Below are positions 45,866-54,558 of a stretch of 64,000 nt of DNA, one piece after another (position 1 is the first letter of the stretch; each line of letters begins with the position of its first letter). The stretch comes from an uncultured Acidobacterium sp. (GTDB taxonomy: Bacteria > Acidobacteriota > Terriglobia > Terriglobales > Acidobacteriaceae). The translations under genes and the position numbers were made by a program. Where the stretch lies: NCBI GenBank assembly GCA_964535525.1, contig CAZHTJ010000001.1:197786-261785 (forward strand), in the 5' to 3' direction. Under the pieces are notes generated by a model, which saw only the letters and a list, made by a program, of their open reading frames with translations, was not told the origin of the DNA and did no database searches.

Positions 45866-46432
45866 TCACGATGCCTTCGCGACGCCAGGCGATCCGATCT
45901 GCCGGACGACGCGCCACGCGTAATGGAAGCCGGAAAGCAAAGTCAGAACAACCGTGGTCGTTAGAGCCCAGGCGCGCAGGTGAAGAACCCACGGCGCCGG
46001 GTAGAACTGCGCCAGCATCACGGCCGCCAGGGCGAGAATCTGCGCTACCGTGTTTCCCTTTCCCAACAAGCTTGGCTTGAAGTTGCGAATTGAAGTCGTC
46101 GCGAACAGAATCGCCGCAACCACCATGATCCCAAGATCGCGCGCAAACACGAGTACCGTCACCCGTCGCGAGATCAGCGCTTCATGATGCAGGACCAGAA
46201 ACAGCGTGCTCAGCAGCAGCTTGTCCACCACCGGATCGAGGTACTGTCCCAGCAAAGTCCGCTGATGGAGCCACCGCGCCAGCAGCCCATCCAGCGCGTC
46301 CGTCACTCCGGCGAACACAAAGAGCCCGAATGCCACCTGGAATCGCCCGTCCAGGACCGCCAGCACCAGGAACGGCACGATACACAGCCGGAGAAACGTC
46401 AGCAGATTGGGAGTCGCTCGAAGATCGTTCAT
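45866..46432 (-). CDS. pgsA: CDP-alcohol phosphatidyltransferase (PgsA-like)
   Basis: DALDGLLAR...DPVVDK (the DG..AR...D...D motif) in a multi-TM protein. Confidence 0.85.
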   Translation of the reverse strand: MNDLRATPNLLTFLRLCIVPFLVLAVLDGRFQVAFGLFVFAGVTDALDGLLARWLHQRTLLGQYLDPVVDKLLLSTLFLVLHHEALISRRVTVLVFARDLGIMVVAAILFATTSIRNFKPSLLGKGNTVAQILALAAVMLAQFYPAPWVLHLRAWALTTTVVLTLLSGFHYAWRVVRQIGSPGVAKAS

Positions 46433-46672
46433 CGGATCATTCGCCGCGCGGGCCCGCGTACTCGCCTGCCGCCGACGCTGTTTGGGAAGGATTCATAGTA
46501 TCGCAGCGGCTCCGGATTTCCCACGCCGAAACGCCATCCCCTCGTCGGGCTCCGCCGTTGGCGCGCAGTGGGATCGCCGTCACCCGTCCCGCCGGCAGTG
46601 GATCACCTTGCTCGCGTGCCGGCGCACCCTCCATCCCTGCTATCATGACAAAAAGGCCATTCCGCCTCGCGT

Positions 46673-46749
46673 AGGCGCGTAGCTCAGTTGGTTAGAGCGC
46701 TACCTTGACACGGTAGAGGTCAGGAGTTCGAGTCTCCTCGTGCCTACCA
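46673..46749 (+). tRNA. tRNA-Val (anticodon GAC)
   Basis: Hand-folded 77-nt cloverleaf: acceptor AGGCGCG/CGTGCCT, D-arm GCTC..GAGC, anticodon stem CTACC/GGTAG with loop TTGACAC, T-arm AGGAG-TTCGAGT-CTCCT, CCA encoded. Confidence 0.9.
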
Positions 46750-46750
46750 T
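46705..46750 (+). repeat. attL core (3' 45 nt of tRNA-Val + 1)
   Basis: ttgacacggtagaggtcaggagttcgagtctcctcgtgcctaccat, identical to 56285-56330. Confidence 0.9.
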
Positions 46751-46779
46751 ATCTTCCTAAAAACAAGCAACTTGGAACG

Positions 46780-47979
46780 TCATGCGGAGATGGCCTGAAG
46801 TTCCAAGGGTGCTGAAGGGTGCTGAGACTCCGCATCCTTGTTGTTTTGGGGCAGGAGCAGTTCGATAATCCTGCCGGTAGCTTCGTGCTTCCGAGCCGAA
46901 ACAGCGTGCGTGTAAATGTCCAGTGTGGTGCGACTGTTCGCGTGCCTTAGCAACTCTTGCGCGACCTTCACATCAACACCCAGGCTACGCAGGTTCGTCG
47001 CCAGTGAGTGACGGAAGGAATGCCAACCGATCACCTTGCCCTTGACTTCAGCTTTCGCCAGAGCGGGGCGGATGATCTTCCGCAAGAGCGTATCCGGGGA
47101 CAGGGGCTTTGCACCCTTGAGCCGATCTGACGGAAACAGAAAATCCGTGTCCGCCTGATAGTGCGAAACCGCGCGCCATTGGAGGAGAGACCCCAACACA
47201 GTGGGATGGAGCGGAACGGGTCTGTGACTCGCTTCGGTTTTGGTGTCGCCGATGCGATTACGGAAACACGACTTCGTGACGGCAATCTCCATCGTCTCGG
47301 AGTTGATGTCGCTCCATCGCAGGCCGATGAACTCAGACCGCCTCAGCCCTGTACTGCCCGCAAGCATCACCATCGCTCTATCCCGCACGGTCAACTGTGC
47401 GAGTAGCGCGGCGAACTCCGCAGGTTCGAGAACGTCTTTTTCACGGACCCGCTTTGCCGAACAGCGCACCGCACGGATGGGGTTGCTCGAAACCCACTCG
47501 TGCCGGATTGCATGTGAGAACAGCGCGGAGAAAACAGCTTTGATCTTTGTCCGCGTTGCCGGTGACTTCGGCAATTTGGAAAGCCACTGCTCTACAGCAA
47601 CGGTATGCACCGCCGATAGCTTCATGCTGCCCCAGGTCGGAGTGACGTACAGCTTGAGGAAATTCTTGTTCACTTCGACCGTAGAGAATGCCTTCCGTTC
47701 GGTGGTCAATTCGTGCTTCGTGTAGTGGGCCAGGAGTTCGCTCACCGTTGCCGGGGAACGAACCTCCGAGTTGATGTTGGCGCGGAGACTGAGCACAGCT
47801 TTCTCAGCGTCACGGCGAAGTGGAAACTCTCTCACCGTGCCGATGCGCTGTTTCCGATAGACCCGCTTTTCTCCAACCTCTTCATAGAAGCGGAGGAACC
47901 AGGTGTCGTCTGTGCTTTTGTTCTTCACGCGGATGAGACTTCCATGCTGAAAACGCGGTGTTCCGATCATTGGAATCAT
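46780..47979 (-). CDS. Tyrosine-type site-specific integrase
   Basis: C-terminal catalytic region ...TGLRRSEFIGLRWSDI...WHSFRHSLATNL...LLRHANSRTTLDIYTH (R..HxxR..Y). Confidence 0.9.
   Translation of the reverse strand: MIPMIGTPRFQHGSLIRVKNKSTDDTWFLRFYEEVGEKRVYRKQRIGTVREFPLRRDAEKAVLSLRANINSEVRSPATVSELLAHYTKHELTTERKAFSTVEVNKNFLKLYVTPTWGSMKLSAVHTVAVEQWLSKLPKSPATRTKIKAVFSALFSHAIRHEWVSSNPIRAVRCSAKRVREKDVLEPAEFAALLAQLTVRDRAMVMLAGSTGLRRSEFIGLRWSDINSETMEIAVTKSCFRNRIGDTKTEASHRPVPLHPTVLGSLLQWRAVSHYQADTDFLFPSDRLKGAKPLSPDTLLRKIIRPALAKAEVKGKVIGWHSFRHSLATNLRSLGVDVKVAQELLRHANSRTTLDIYTHAVSARKHEATGRIIELLLPQNNKDAESQHPSAPLELQAISA
46805..46825 (+). promoter_or_regulatory. Tandem AGGGTGCTGA motifs near attL (candidate integrase arm-type sites)
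   Basis: aagggtgctga agggtgctga lies inside the int 3' end. The same decamer pair occurs in the same orientation at 56182-56204 near attR. Confidence 0.4.
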
Positions 47980-48251
47980 CCTTTGGTCGGAGCATCGGTG
48001 GCTGGAACGAGTGTAGCGGCTGCCCCTCGAATATCAAGGGAATTCTGCCCAGTGCATCGGGCGCGCATCCACTGCTCAAGATCGCTCTCCAGGAACCGCC
48101 AGAGCCGTCGCTTGCCCTCGCCGATGGGATACGCAGGCAGATAGCCCTGGCGCGCCCAGCGGGTCACTGTGCGACTGTGGAGGCCACCCAGATACTCGGC
48201 TGCATCTTCGGGACTGAGGAAACGACGCGTCTGCTTTTCGTTGCTGTTCAT
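47976..48251 (-). CDS. Excisionase-family helix-turn-helix protein
   Basis: FLSPEDAAEYLGGLHSRTVTRWARQGYLPAYPIGEGKRRLWRFLESDLEQWM (MerR/Xis-type HTH). A 4-nt overlap with int. Confidence 0.7.
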   Translation of the reverse strand: MNSNEKQTRRFLSPEDAAEYLGGLHSRTVTRWARQGYLPAYPIGEGKRRLWRFLESDLEQWMRARCTGQNSLDIRGAAATLVPATDAPTKG

Positions 48252-48454
48252 ATCGTCCCCGCGACGTGTCTGCCCTGAGCTATGAACTGCTCAAGGTCGC
48301 TTTGGTGATACCGCACAGGGGCTTTCTTGCCATCCCCCAGTTTGACGTACACGGGGCCGATTCCACGGCAGCGCCATGAGCGCAAGGTGGGCATACTAAC
48401 GCCCAGACGCTTTGCGACCTGAGCCTCGTTCAAAAGTGAGCTTTCGTTGTTCAT
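48248..48454 (-). CDS. Second small HTH DNA-binding protein
   Basis: LLNEAQVAKRLGVSMPTLRSWRCRGIGPVYVKLGDGKKAPVRYHQSDLEQFI. Start taken at MNNESS. Confidence 0.6.
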   Translation of the reverse strand: MNNESSLLNEAQVAKRLGVSMPTLRSWRCRGIGPVYVKLGDGKKAPVRYHQSDLEQFIAQGRHVAGTI

Positions 48455-48576
48455 TTTTCTCCAAGAGTGTTGCGCGTTAGGCGCAAAGAAAGACCCCTGC
48501 CCACCTATCCTTGGACCCAACGTCAAGGAATAGAAGAGCAGGGGTTTTCTACTTAGGCGGTCACGACCGCACTAAC

Positions 48577-49737
48577 TTATGCGTGATTGACAAGGTTGTA
48601 CACGGGCGGAACCCCAGCGCTCAGGGCAAACCCGCCATAGCGCGCTTTTGCCAGGAAGGCATAGCTTCCGTAGTCAGGCAGGAAGCGCTCAGTCAGCCGG
48701 AACAGGTGAATGTCCGACACACTGCGCAGGCAGTAACCGGATTCCCAGTTGCCGAATTGGATACTACCTACCACGCCACTACCCATGTTCGGGTGAGCCA
48801 CAGAAAGCTGAATCGGATAGCCCAGGATGCTGTCGAACTGTTCCGAACCCGCAGACGCGGTGAACAGCGGGCGACCGAGCGAATCGGTCATCGCAGCCAG
48901 CGCCATCTTGGTACTTTGGTTCATGACGAACTTCGCGCCAGGCAGATACGAAGGGTCCAACTGTTCAATCAGGTTCGTCAGGTCGCTCCACACTACCGTG
49001 GTAGCTGCGGACGACGCGGGCGCATTGGTTGCCGACGTGATCACGCTGGTGATGTTGGTACTCCCAGCGACCAGCTTGGCAGCCAGTCCGCGATAGATCC
49101 TCCGAAGCAGAAGGTCTCTAAGTAACGCCTCGATATCGTAATCCGCATCTTCCAGTTCGGCCACGGTCACCAGCGAATAGCCCGAGTCGAATTCATCGAC
49201 GTTCGAGATAGTCGAAGTGATGGGCGGTTCAAGCTCACTGGACGCAGACCCATCGGTGATGTCCGCCGCTACGTTGCCAGTGTCATTCACGAAAGGAGTT
49301 TTCGCAGGCATCCCCGTGTCAGTGTGCCACTGGCGAACGATGTTAGCCACGCCCGCGTAGCTCTTCTGCGCCTGGACCACTTCAGGGAACATATCCTGAT
49401 TGATCACAGCAACGCCAGAGGTACTGCCGGTAGAGATGGCCGCGCGGTTCTCCATTGGAGTTCCGTAGCGTGCCCAGTTCCGCAGAGCTTCGCGGTTCTC
49501 AGTGTTCACACCAGGCTTGGAATTGAACGCTCCGCGAGCATTGGCCGCGCGGGTTTCACGTTCGATTGATTCCATGCCCTGTATGGTCCGCAGCGACTCT
49601 TCCGCGTCAGTCATCATGCGGTTAAACTTGGTCCGAACTTCCGCCGTCATGGGCGTGGTGCCCTTCGGGATAAGTGCCTGCGCGTCCGCGACAAGTTTCG
49701 CTCTCGCCTCGCGCATAGCTTTAATCTGTTCAGTCAT
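48577..49737 (-). CDS. Phage major capsid protein, HK97 family
   Basis: N-terminal delta-domain-like helix (MTEQIKAMREARAKLVADAQAL...) and HK97-fold-typical C-terminal region (...LGYPIQLSVAHPNMG...GNWESGYCLRSV...). Confidence 0.85.
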   Translation of the reverse strand: MTEQIKAMREARAKLVADAQALIPKGTTPMTAEVRTKFNRMMTDAEESLRTIQGMESIERETRAANARGAFNSKPGVNTENREALRNWARYGTPMENRAAISTGSTSGVAVINQDMFPEVVQAQKSYAGVANIVRQWHTDTGMPAKTPFVNDTGNVAADITDGSASSELEPPITSTISNVDEFDSGYSLVTVAELEDADYDIEALLRDLLLRRIYRGLAAKLVAGSTNITSVITSATNAPASSAATTVVWSDLTNLIEQLDPSYLPGAKFVMNQSTKMALAAMTDSLGRPLFTASAGSEQFDSILGYPIQLSVAHPNMGSGVVGSIQFGNWESGYCLRSVSDIHLFRLTERFLPDYGSYAFLAKARYGGFALSAGVPPVYNLVNHA

Positions 49738-49800
49738 TTGGTATTGCCTTTCTGTTTTGCAAAACAAGGGAGCAACTTTCCACTGCCCCCACACTTGGGA

Positions 49801-51093
49801 TTAGGCTTCGATGCCGTCCTGGGAATCGTCTAACTCTTCGTCGAGTTCTTCTTTGTTGGACGCGGCTCCCACTTCGTTCATATTGGCCGGTTCGAGATAG
49901 CGGTCGCCATCGGGGATGCTTGGCAAATCTTCCATCGCGCGGCACTCATTGGCCGATAAGATACCGGCATTCCGCATTTGGGTGTAGTAAGTGGCGCGGT
50001 CTGTGATGCTGGATCTTAGAAGACTCCGGGTATCCGCACGGATGATGTAGGAAGCGGTCGGAGCCAACTTAGCCGTCATTGGCTGCTCAATCCGGGCCAG
50101 GATAGGACCGAGACCGTACTTAAGAAAGTTCGCGTCCTGTTGCTCTGCGCTGGCACGGGGCGCACGGTCATTCAATCCAAGGATCGAAGGAGGCACTCCC
50201 AAACTCCAGCACAACTTTTCGGCAGACAGCTTAGCGGCTTCGACGAGTTGCCCGTCGATTGGCTTTGCAGTGAGTACTTCGACACTCTGCCCCTGATCTA
50301 AGATTGCAGCCTGGTGTGTGTTCCCGCCCGTGAATAGTGCGTTCCACGCATGGCGTAGCTCTGTCTTCTGCTCAGGTTTCATCGTGCCCGGATACGTGAT
50401 CGCAACCGAAGGCACTCCACTGGACGCATAGTAGCGGGAACCATAAATGGTCTGGGCCATGGCTTGGCCAATCTCCTGGCGCAGCATCTTCACAGTGGGT
50501 AGCCCCACGATGCCGTCAAGGGAGAGACCGGCGCAGTGGATCATGTCATCCGCTTTCACCGTCCGCTGTTTCGAGTCGGGAGTGTCGCGCGTGGTGTAGT
50601 AGAGCAAGCCCCCATCATCACGGTGAACGTCAGTGAGATGGGAGGCGCGAATCCACATAGCCAGTGGTTGCTGAGTTACGGGATTGCGCTGGATCTCGGC
50701 AAAGCCGTTGCCCCACAGGAGCATGAGCAAAACCAGAGTCGAGTAGAACGAGATCGGAGTGGCGTCCGGGTTCGGAGCCGTGCCGATCAGTTGCGCAACC
50801 GGATGGTCGCGGATTTCCTGGCGGTGCATCGGGTTCGTTTTATCCTGGCGGTAAAGCCGGAAGGGTAGCTGCGCAGTGGTGTTAGCCAGAACGCGGCAGC
50901 AACCATGGAACGCGGCGCATTCGAGGGAGTTCCCTGGCGACACACGCACGCCCGCTTCGCTATTCCTCTGCCCGTCGATTAGCTGCCACCAGGCAGGGCC
51001 GGAGAGGGGAGTACTTGGACTTTCGAGGATGCCACTACTGCGGAACGCGGCGACGGCGCTCTTAATTCGATTCGTAATCGACATTGTTACCAA
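49801..51093 (-). CDS. Phage portal protein, HK97 family
   Basis: 430 aa with the pattern AAFHGCCRVLANTTAQLPFRLYR...NPVTQQPLAMW...ILGLNDRAPRASAEQQDANFLKYGLGPIL, and an acidic C-terminus. Confidence 0.85.
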   Translation of the reverse strand: MVTMSITNRIKSAVAAFRSSGILESPSTPLSGPAWWQLIDGQRNSEAGVRVSPGNSLECAAFHGCCRVLANTTAQLPFRLYRQDKTNPMHRQEIRDHPVAQLIGTAPNPDATPISFYSTLVLLMLLWGNGFAEIQRNPVTQQPLAMWIRASHLTDVHRDDGGLLYYTTRDTPDSKQRTVKADDMIHCAGLSLDGIVGLPTVKMLRQEIGQAMAQTIYGSRYYASSGVPSVAITYPGTMKPEQKTELRHAWNALFTGGNTHQAAILDQGQSVEVLTAKPIDGQLVEAAKLSAEKLCWSLGVPPSILGLNDRAPRASAEQQDANFLKYGLGPILARIEQPMTAKLAPTASYIIRADTRSLLRSSITDRATYYTQMRNAGILSANECRAMEDLPSIPDGDRYLEPANMNEVGAASNKEELDEELDDSQDGIEA

Positions 51094-51670
51094 TTCCTTT
51101 TCCGTGCGCAGCGATCTGCGCTTCGACTTTCAGATACTCTGCTTCGAGTGCGGTCCATTCCTCGGGGTCACCCTCATCCCAGGGGTTGCGCCCGAGCATT
51201 TTCCATAGCTCGTCACGCTGCGCTAGCAGGTCGCCCTGTTGCCCATGCAATTCCCAGGCACGCGTGTACAGCGCTTCGAGGGTCGATTCACTCTTCGCGG
51301 GCTTCCTCTGCGCAGTCAGACCCATCTGCCTTGTCAGGCGGACGCAGATTAGTTGGTTATCGCGGCTGATCTTGACGTAGGGGTTTGCTACGGACTTCTC
51401 ACCGACCGGAGCGCCGTGACGGTCTCGCATCGTCTCGCGGACGACGAGTCCCTGCCGCTTCAGCATCTTCTCTGCCGCTTGCCACTTGGCGAAGCTCGTG
51501 ATGTACGAGTTCAAAAGGGCAGGATCAACGTCGGGGAGCCGGTCCGTCGCGGCGAGAACCGTGACGATGCGCTCCCATTCCCGCTGGGCGACCGCAGATA
51601 GGCCCTTGGGTACCTTTGGGGCGGAAATCGGCGGTTTTGCCTTGCTTTTCGGTCGTTTTGTTGATACCAT
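51062..51670 (-). CDS. Phage terminase small subunit, P27 family
   Basis: PKGLSAVAQREWERIVTVLAATDRLPDVDPALLNSYITSFAKWQAAEKMLKRQGLVV...NPYVKISRD. It overlaps the portal gene by 32 nt. Confidence 0.75.
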   Translation of the reverse strand: MVSTKRPKSKAKPPISAPKVPKGLSAVAQREWERIVTVLAATDRLPDVDPALLNSYITSFAKWQAAEKMLKRQGLVVRETMRDRHGAPVGEKSVANPYVKISRDNQLICVRLTRQMGLTAQRKPAKSESTLEALYTRAWELHGQQGDLLAQRDELWKMLGRNPWDEGDPEEWTALEAEYLKVEAQIAAHGKGIGNNVDYESN

Positions 51671-51878
51671 GAAAGTATCCCCTCAACCTGTAACTTCTTT
51701 GAAATGAGCAGAACGATGCGTAAACCGTCGAGAATCAACGGTGGGTGGTCGATTACGTTTTGGATTGCGTGAAAATTCACCTGGCCTGTTGGTCCCGGCT
51801 GGTGCTCACCCTCCGAACGTCATGCCCCCTACCATCAGTAGTTAGCTCGACTCGTGTTGATTGCACTGGAGTTAGCAG

Positions 51879-52235
51879 CTACTCTGTGGGATCAATCTCA
51901 TAGGCGAGAAGATCAACCGTGATGTTCCGCTCCTCAGTGTTGATGAATCCCTCCGCCAGCTTGAACACCCGCGTCCCGAACAGGATCAAATAGCCGGGTT
52001 TGAGCACGACGCTTGCTCCGGGATAGCGAATCGTTATGCGGTGCGACAGCTTCATTGACACCTGCGTTGCCTGAAAGACTTCAGACGACGTGAGCGGACG
52101 GATGCACGCCCACAGTGTCGCTACTGTGGTCGGCGTTGCGGTGCCGGGTACGAATGGGTTCGATGGTGCAGCCGGAGCTTGGATCGTGATCCTGTGCCGT
52201 AGCCTGCCCGCTTGGGGTGAGAGAGGGTTCGCCAT
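51879..52235 (-). CDS. Phage head-closure / head-tail adaptor protein (SPP1 gp16-like)
   Basis: LRHRITIQAP...ATLWACIRPLTSSEVFQA...LSHRITIRY pattern. Confidence 0.7.
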   Translation of the reverse strand: MANPLSPQAGRLRHRITIQAPAAPSNPFVPGTATPTTVATLWACIRPLTSSEVFQATQVSMKLSHRITIRYPGASVVLKPGYLILFGTRVFKLAEGFINTEERNITVDLLAYEIDPTE

Positions 52236-52913
52236 CTATCCTCCACCGAAGTAGCCGAACGGCAGCACGCGGTACGGTGTCAGCAAAGCCTCAGCCGCAT
52301 ATGGAAGTTCCACTGCGTTGCCCTGCCCAACCACAAACGACTCACGGTTGTTATAGAGCGCGCCGCACGTCAGCTTGATTGCTGCAATGATCGTTGCGGG
52401 GATGGTGCCCGTGTATCCGGCTGTGAACTGAATCAGCACGCTGTTCATATCAGACAGTGCGACGGGCCAGTTCGCACCGTACACGGGTTTCAGCCGTCCC
52501 GGTTCCGACAGGTTGTCTATCTCATAGGTGCTGGGGTCAAGCGTGATCGACTCGCCGGTACCTTGATCGCTGTAGGTGATGCCGGTGACCGCAATGAGCG
52601 GTGAACGCGGGATGGTGATCGTCTGACTGCGGTTCCACTGGGCCATGCCATCCCAGCCGATACGGTCATGGTCTGCACGAGACGGCGCGGCGCTGATGTG
52701 GTGATAGCCAGGGAAGCGATCCAGTCCGAAGGTCCAAGTCTGTGGAACGAAGCAACGGCCAGTGAAGTCCTCTGCGCGTTCCCGTGCCGCACTTATCAGC
52801 GCCTGGATGAGCGAGTCATCATCGTCAATGTCCACCCGTAGGTGGAGCTTCATGTCCGACAAGCTCACTGGCTCACTGGACGGTGGCGTCGTTTGTTTCA
52901 GCGCGAATGCCAT
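52236..52913 (-). CDS. Phage gp6-like head-tail connector protein (with C-terminal extension)
   Basis: VSLSDMKLHLRVDIDDDDSLIQALISAARERAEDFTGRCFVPQTW matches the N-terminus of the connector family. Confidence 0.7.
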   Translation of the reverse strand: MAFALKQTTPPSSEPVSLSDMKLHLRVDIDDDDSLIQALISAARERAEDFTGRCFVPQTWTFGLDRFPGYHHISAAPSRADHDRIGWDGMAQWNRSQTITIPRSPLIAVTGITYSDQGTGESITLDPSTYEIDNLSEPGRLKPVYGANWPVALSDMNSVLIQFTAGYTGTIPATIIAAIKLTCGALYNNRESFVVGQGNAVELPYAAEALLTPYRVLPFGYFGGG

Positions 52914-52928
52914 AGCTACTCATTTCTG

Positions 52929-52942
52929 TTGCACGTGTGCAA
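52929..52942. promoter_or_regulatory. Operator-like motif TTGCAC-GT-GTGCAA, copy A
   Basis: 16 nt upstream of the connector gene ATG (52913). Related copies at 53503-53519 and 55531-55571. Confidence 0.4.
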
Positions 52943-53502
52943 TTTGGTGGTGATAACTCGCAGCGGCGGGTGTTGCCAACCGGGTGAAAGAGAAGACCCT
53001 GCCCGGAATCATCTTCCGATGCCATGCCCGCGCCACCGCGTCAGCCGTTGGGACGACGGCTGGAACTCAAATGATGATCTTTAGTGGCCGATGCGCTGGA
53101 GTACCACGCGTGCCCGCGCAGTGATGCGGGTGGTTTGCAACTCCCACCTTGCCCCAGCCGATAGCATCGGCCAATCGGCACGTCGCTAGTTAGCACCGCC
53201 GCAAAGCGGTGACGGTACGACGCGCAGACATTCATTGGCCCGTTCCGGCTATCGACCAAGAAGCGGGGACGGGCCAAGTTGCGGTGAAGCCTGGAAGAAT
53301 CACCGCAAGCTCAAAACAAAAGTGGGGCAACCAGTCCCTGTGACTGACTACCCCGAATGCGGCACGTGACGTGATGGCCGTTAATCCATCATGCACGTTG
53401 CTGTGAGGCAGCCGCGAACTTGGAAAAGATGCGGGACGAACACCCATGACAGGTTCGCCCCGCGCAGTGGTTGAGCGACGAGCAAAACTCAATCTTTGTG
53501 TG

Positions 53503-53519
53503 GCACGTGTGCAACTACC
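53503..53519. promoter_or_regulatory. Operator-like motif GCACGTGTGCAACTACC, copy B
   Basis: A 17/17 match to 55531-55547. It sits at the upstream edge of the 600-bp ORF-poor gap. Confidence 0.4.
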
Positions 53520-53742
53520 CTCTGCTGTAGTCTCCCAGCCAGCCAAACCCACTGGCGTGGCGCTGGGCGCGTAGTTCGGTACGCTGCCTGGAGAGCCTGG
53601 CCAGACGGCGGTCAACGCTCTTTAGTTCCTTCCACGCGGTTTCGCGCTCGACACCATCGGTGCAGGAGTGCTCGATGACGAGGTGCTCACGCTGGCGCTG
53701 CAAATCGGGGATCTCTAGCTCGATCTCACTGAGGGATTTCAT
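53515..53742 (-). CDS. Hypothetical small protein (coiled-coil-like)
   Basis: 75 aa, overlaps the upstream ORF by 17 nt. No domain recognised. Confidence 0.4.
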   Translation of the reverse strand: MKSLSEIELEIPDLQRQREHLVIEHSCTDGVERETAWKELKSVDRRLARLSRQRTELRAQRHASGFGWLGDYSRG

Positions 53743-54100
53743 CTCTCTCTTCTTTCAACATTCGGCGCAACGTTAACTCGACTCCCGCGAGATGACAGAT
53801 AAACCAGAAAGTCTGTGGGAAATTGCTTGGCACGTCACCATAGACGTACCCGGCCAGTTCCGACCGGAAACCGCGAAGGATCATATCGGCCAGGCTCTCA
53901 GCGAGCTTGACCGCCTTGCGCTGTACGGCGGATGTCTGAATCTCCGAGGGAGTGAGCAGAGCCATGAGAATGAAAAGCATCGCTGCATCCTCATCTTTGT
54001 TCGGGTCCGGGTTCTGGATTTGCTCCATAGTCAAGTCTGGCGTCTGTGAAGAGATGAGCGCATAGGCGCGTTCGCACCACTCACGATGTTGCTTTGTCAT
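53726..54100 (-). CDS. Hypothetical protein
   Basis: 124 aa. AGGAGG lies 9 nt before the ATG. No domain recognised. Confidence 0.5.
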   Translation of the reverse strand: MTKQHREWCERAYALISSQTPDLTMEQIQNPDPNKDEDAAMLFILMALLTPSEIQTSAVQRKAVKLAESLADMILRGFRSELAGYVYGDVPSNFPQTFWFICHLAGVELTLRRMLKEERDEIPQ

Positions 54101-54120
54101 TTATGCGTTCCTCCTCTCTC

Positions 54121-54180
54121 TTCTATAAGCCGGGACAAAACGGGATTTTTGGAACTCAAAGTGAAATATTCTTCGAGTGT
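54121..54180. repeat. ~55-bp direct repeat, copy 1 (TAAGCCGGGACAAAACGGGnTTTTTGGAAC...GAAA.TATT.TTCG)
   Basis: Aligns with 54365-54425 at roughly 85 percent identity by eye. It lies immediately upstream of the ATG at 54100. Confidence 0.8.
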
Positions 54181-54325
54181 GGTTTCTGAGCAGGGTGTGG
54201 CCTTCAGAATTAATCACTTGGGGTTTGCGCCGCGTCATCCACCATCTTCGCTCGCACTCACTCGCTATCGCTCGTTCGTCCCGCTCGCTGTTTTAGCGGC
54301 AGAGTCTGTTCGATAGCAGCCCCCC

Positions 54326-54550
54326 CTATCCCCCCCAACCGTCAAAATTCTTAATGGCGGTCGTTATAGTAAGCCGGGACAAAACGGGTTTTTTGGAACA
54401 ACTCTGAAAATTATTTTCGCGGCGGGGGTGCGGGGTCTTTTTGGGCAGACCATTTCGGCCCATGCAAGGCTCGCCGGGGTTGGCCTTGCAACGTGGGCAC
54501 GTGACCGATAACACATGCTGATAAGGCCCCCGAAGGTCATCTTGACTCAT
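54326..54550 (-). CDS. Small zinc-ribbon-like phage protein
   Basis: VTCPRCKANPGEPCMGRNGLPKKTPHPRR resembles the CPxC...GxPC...HxxR motif of small actinophage/prophage proteins. Its C-terminal ~25 codons overlap repeat copy 2, so the true end is uncertain. Confidence 0.35.
   Translation of the reverse strand: MSQDDLRGPYQHVLSVTCPRCKANPGEPCMGRNGLPKKTPHPRRENNFQSCSKKPVLSRLTITTAIKNFDGWGG
54365..54425. repeat. ~55-bp direct repeat, copy 2
   Basis: See 54121-54180. The copies are 244 bp apart and flank a (GAGCG)n-rich stretch and C7-TAT-C7 (54320-54336). Confidence 0.8.
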
Positions 54551-54558
54551 TGCGGCTT

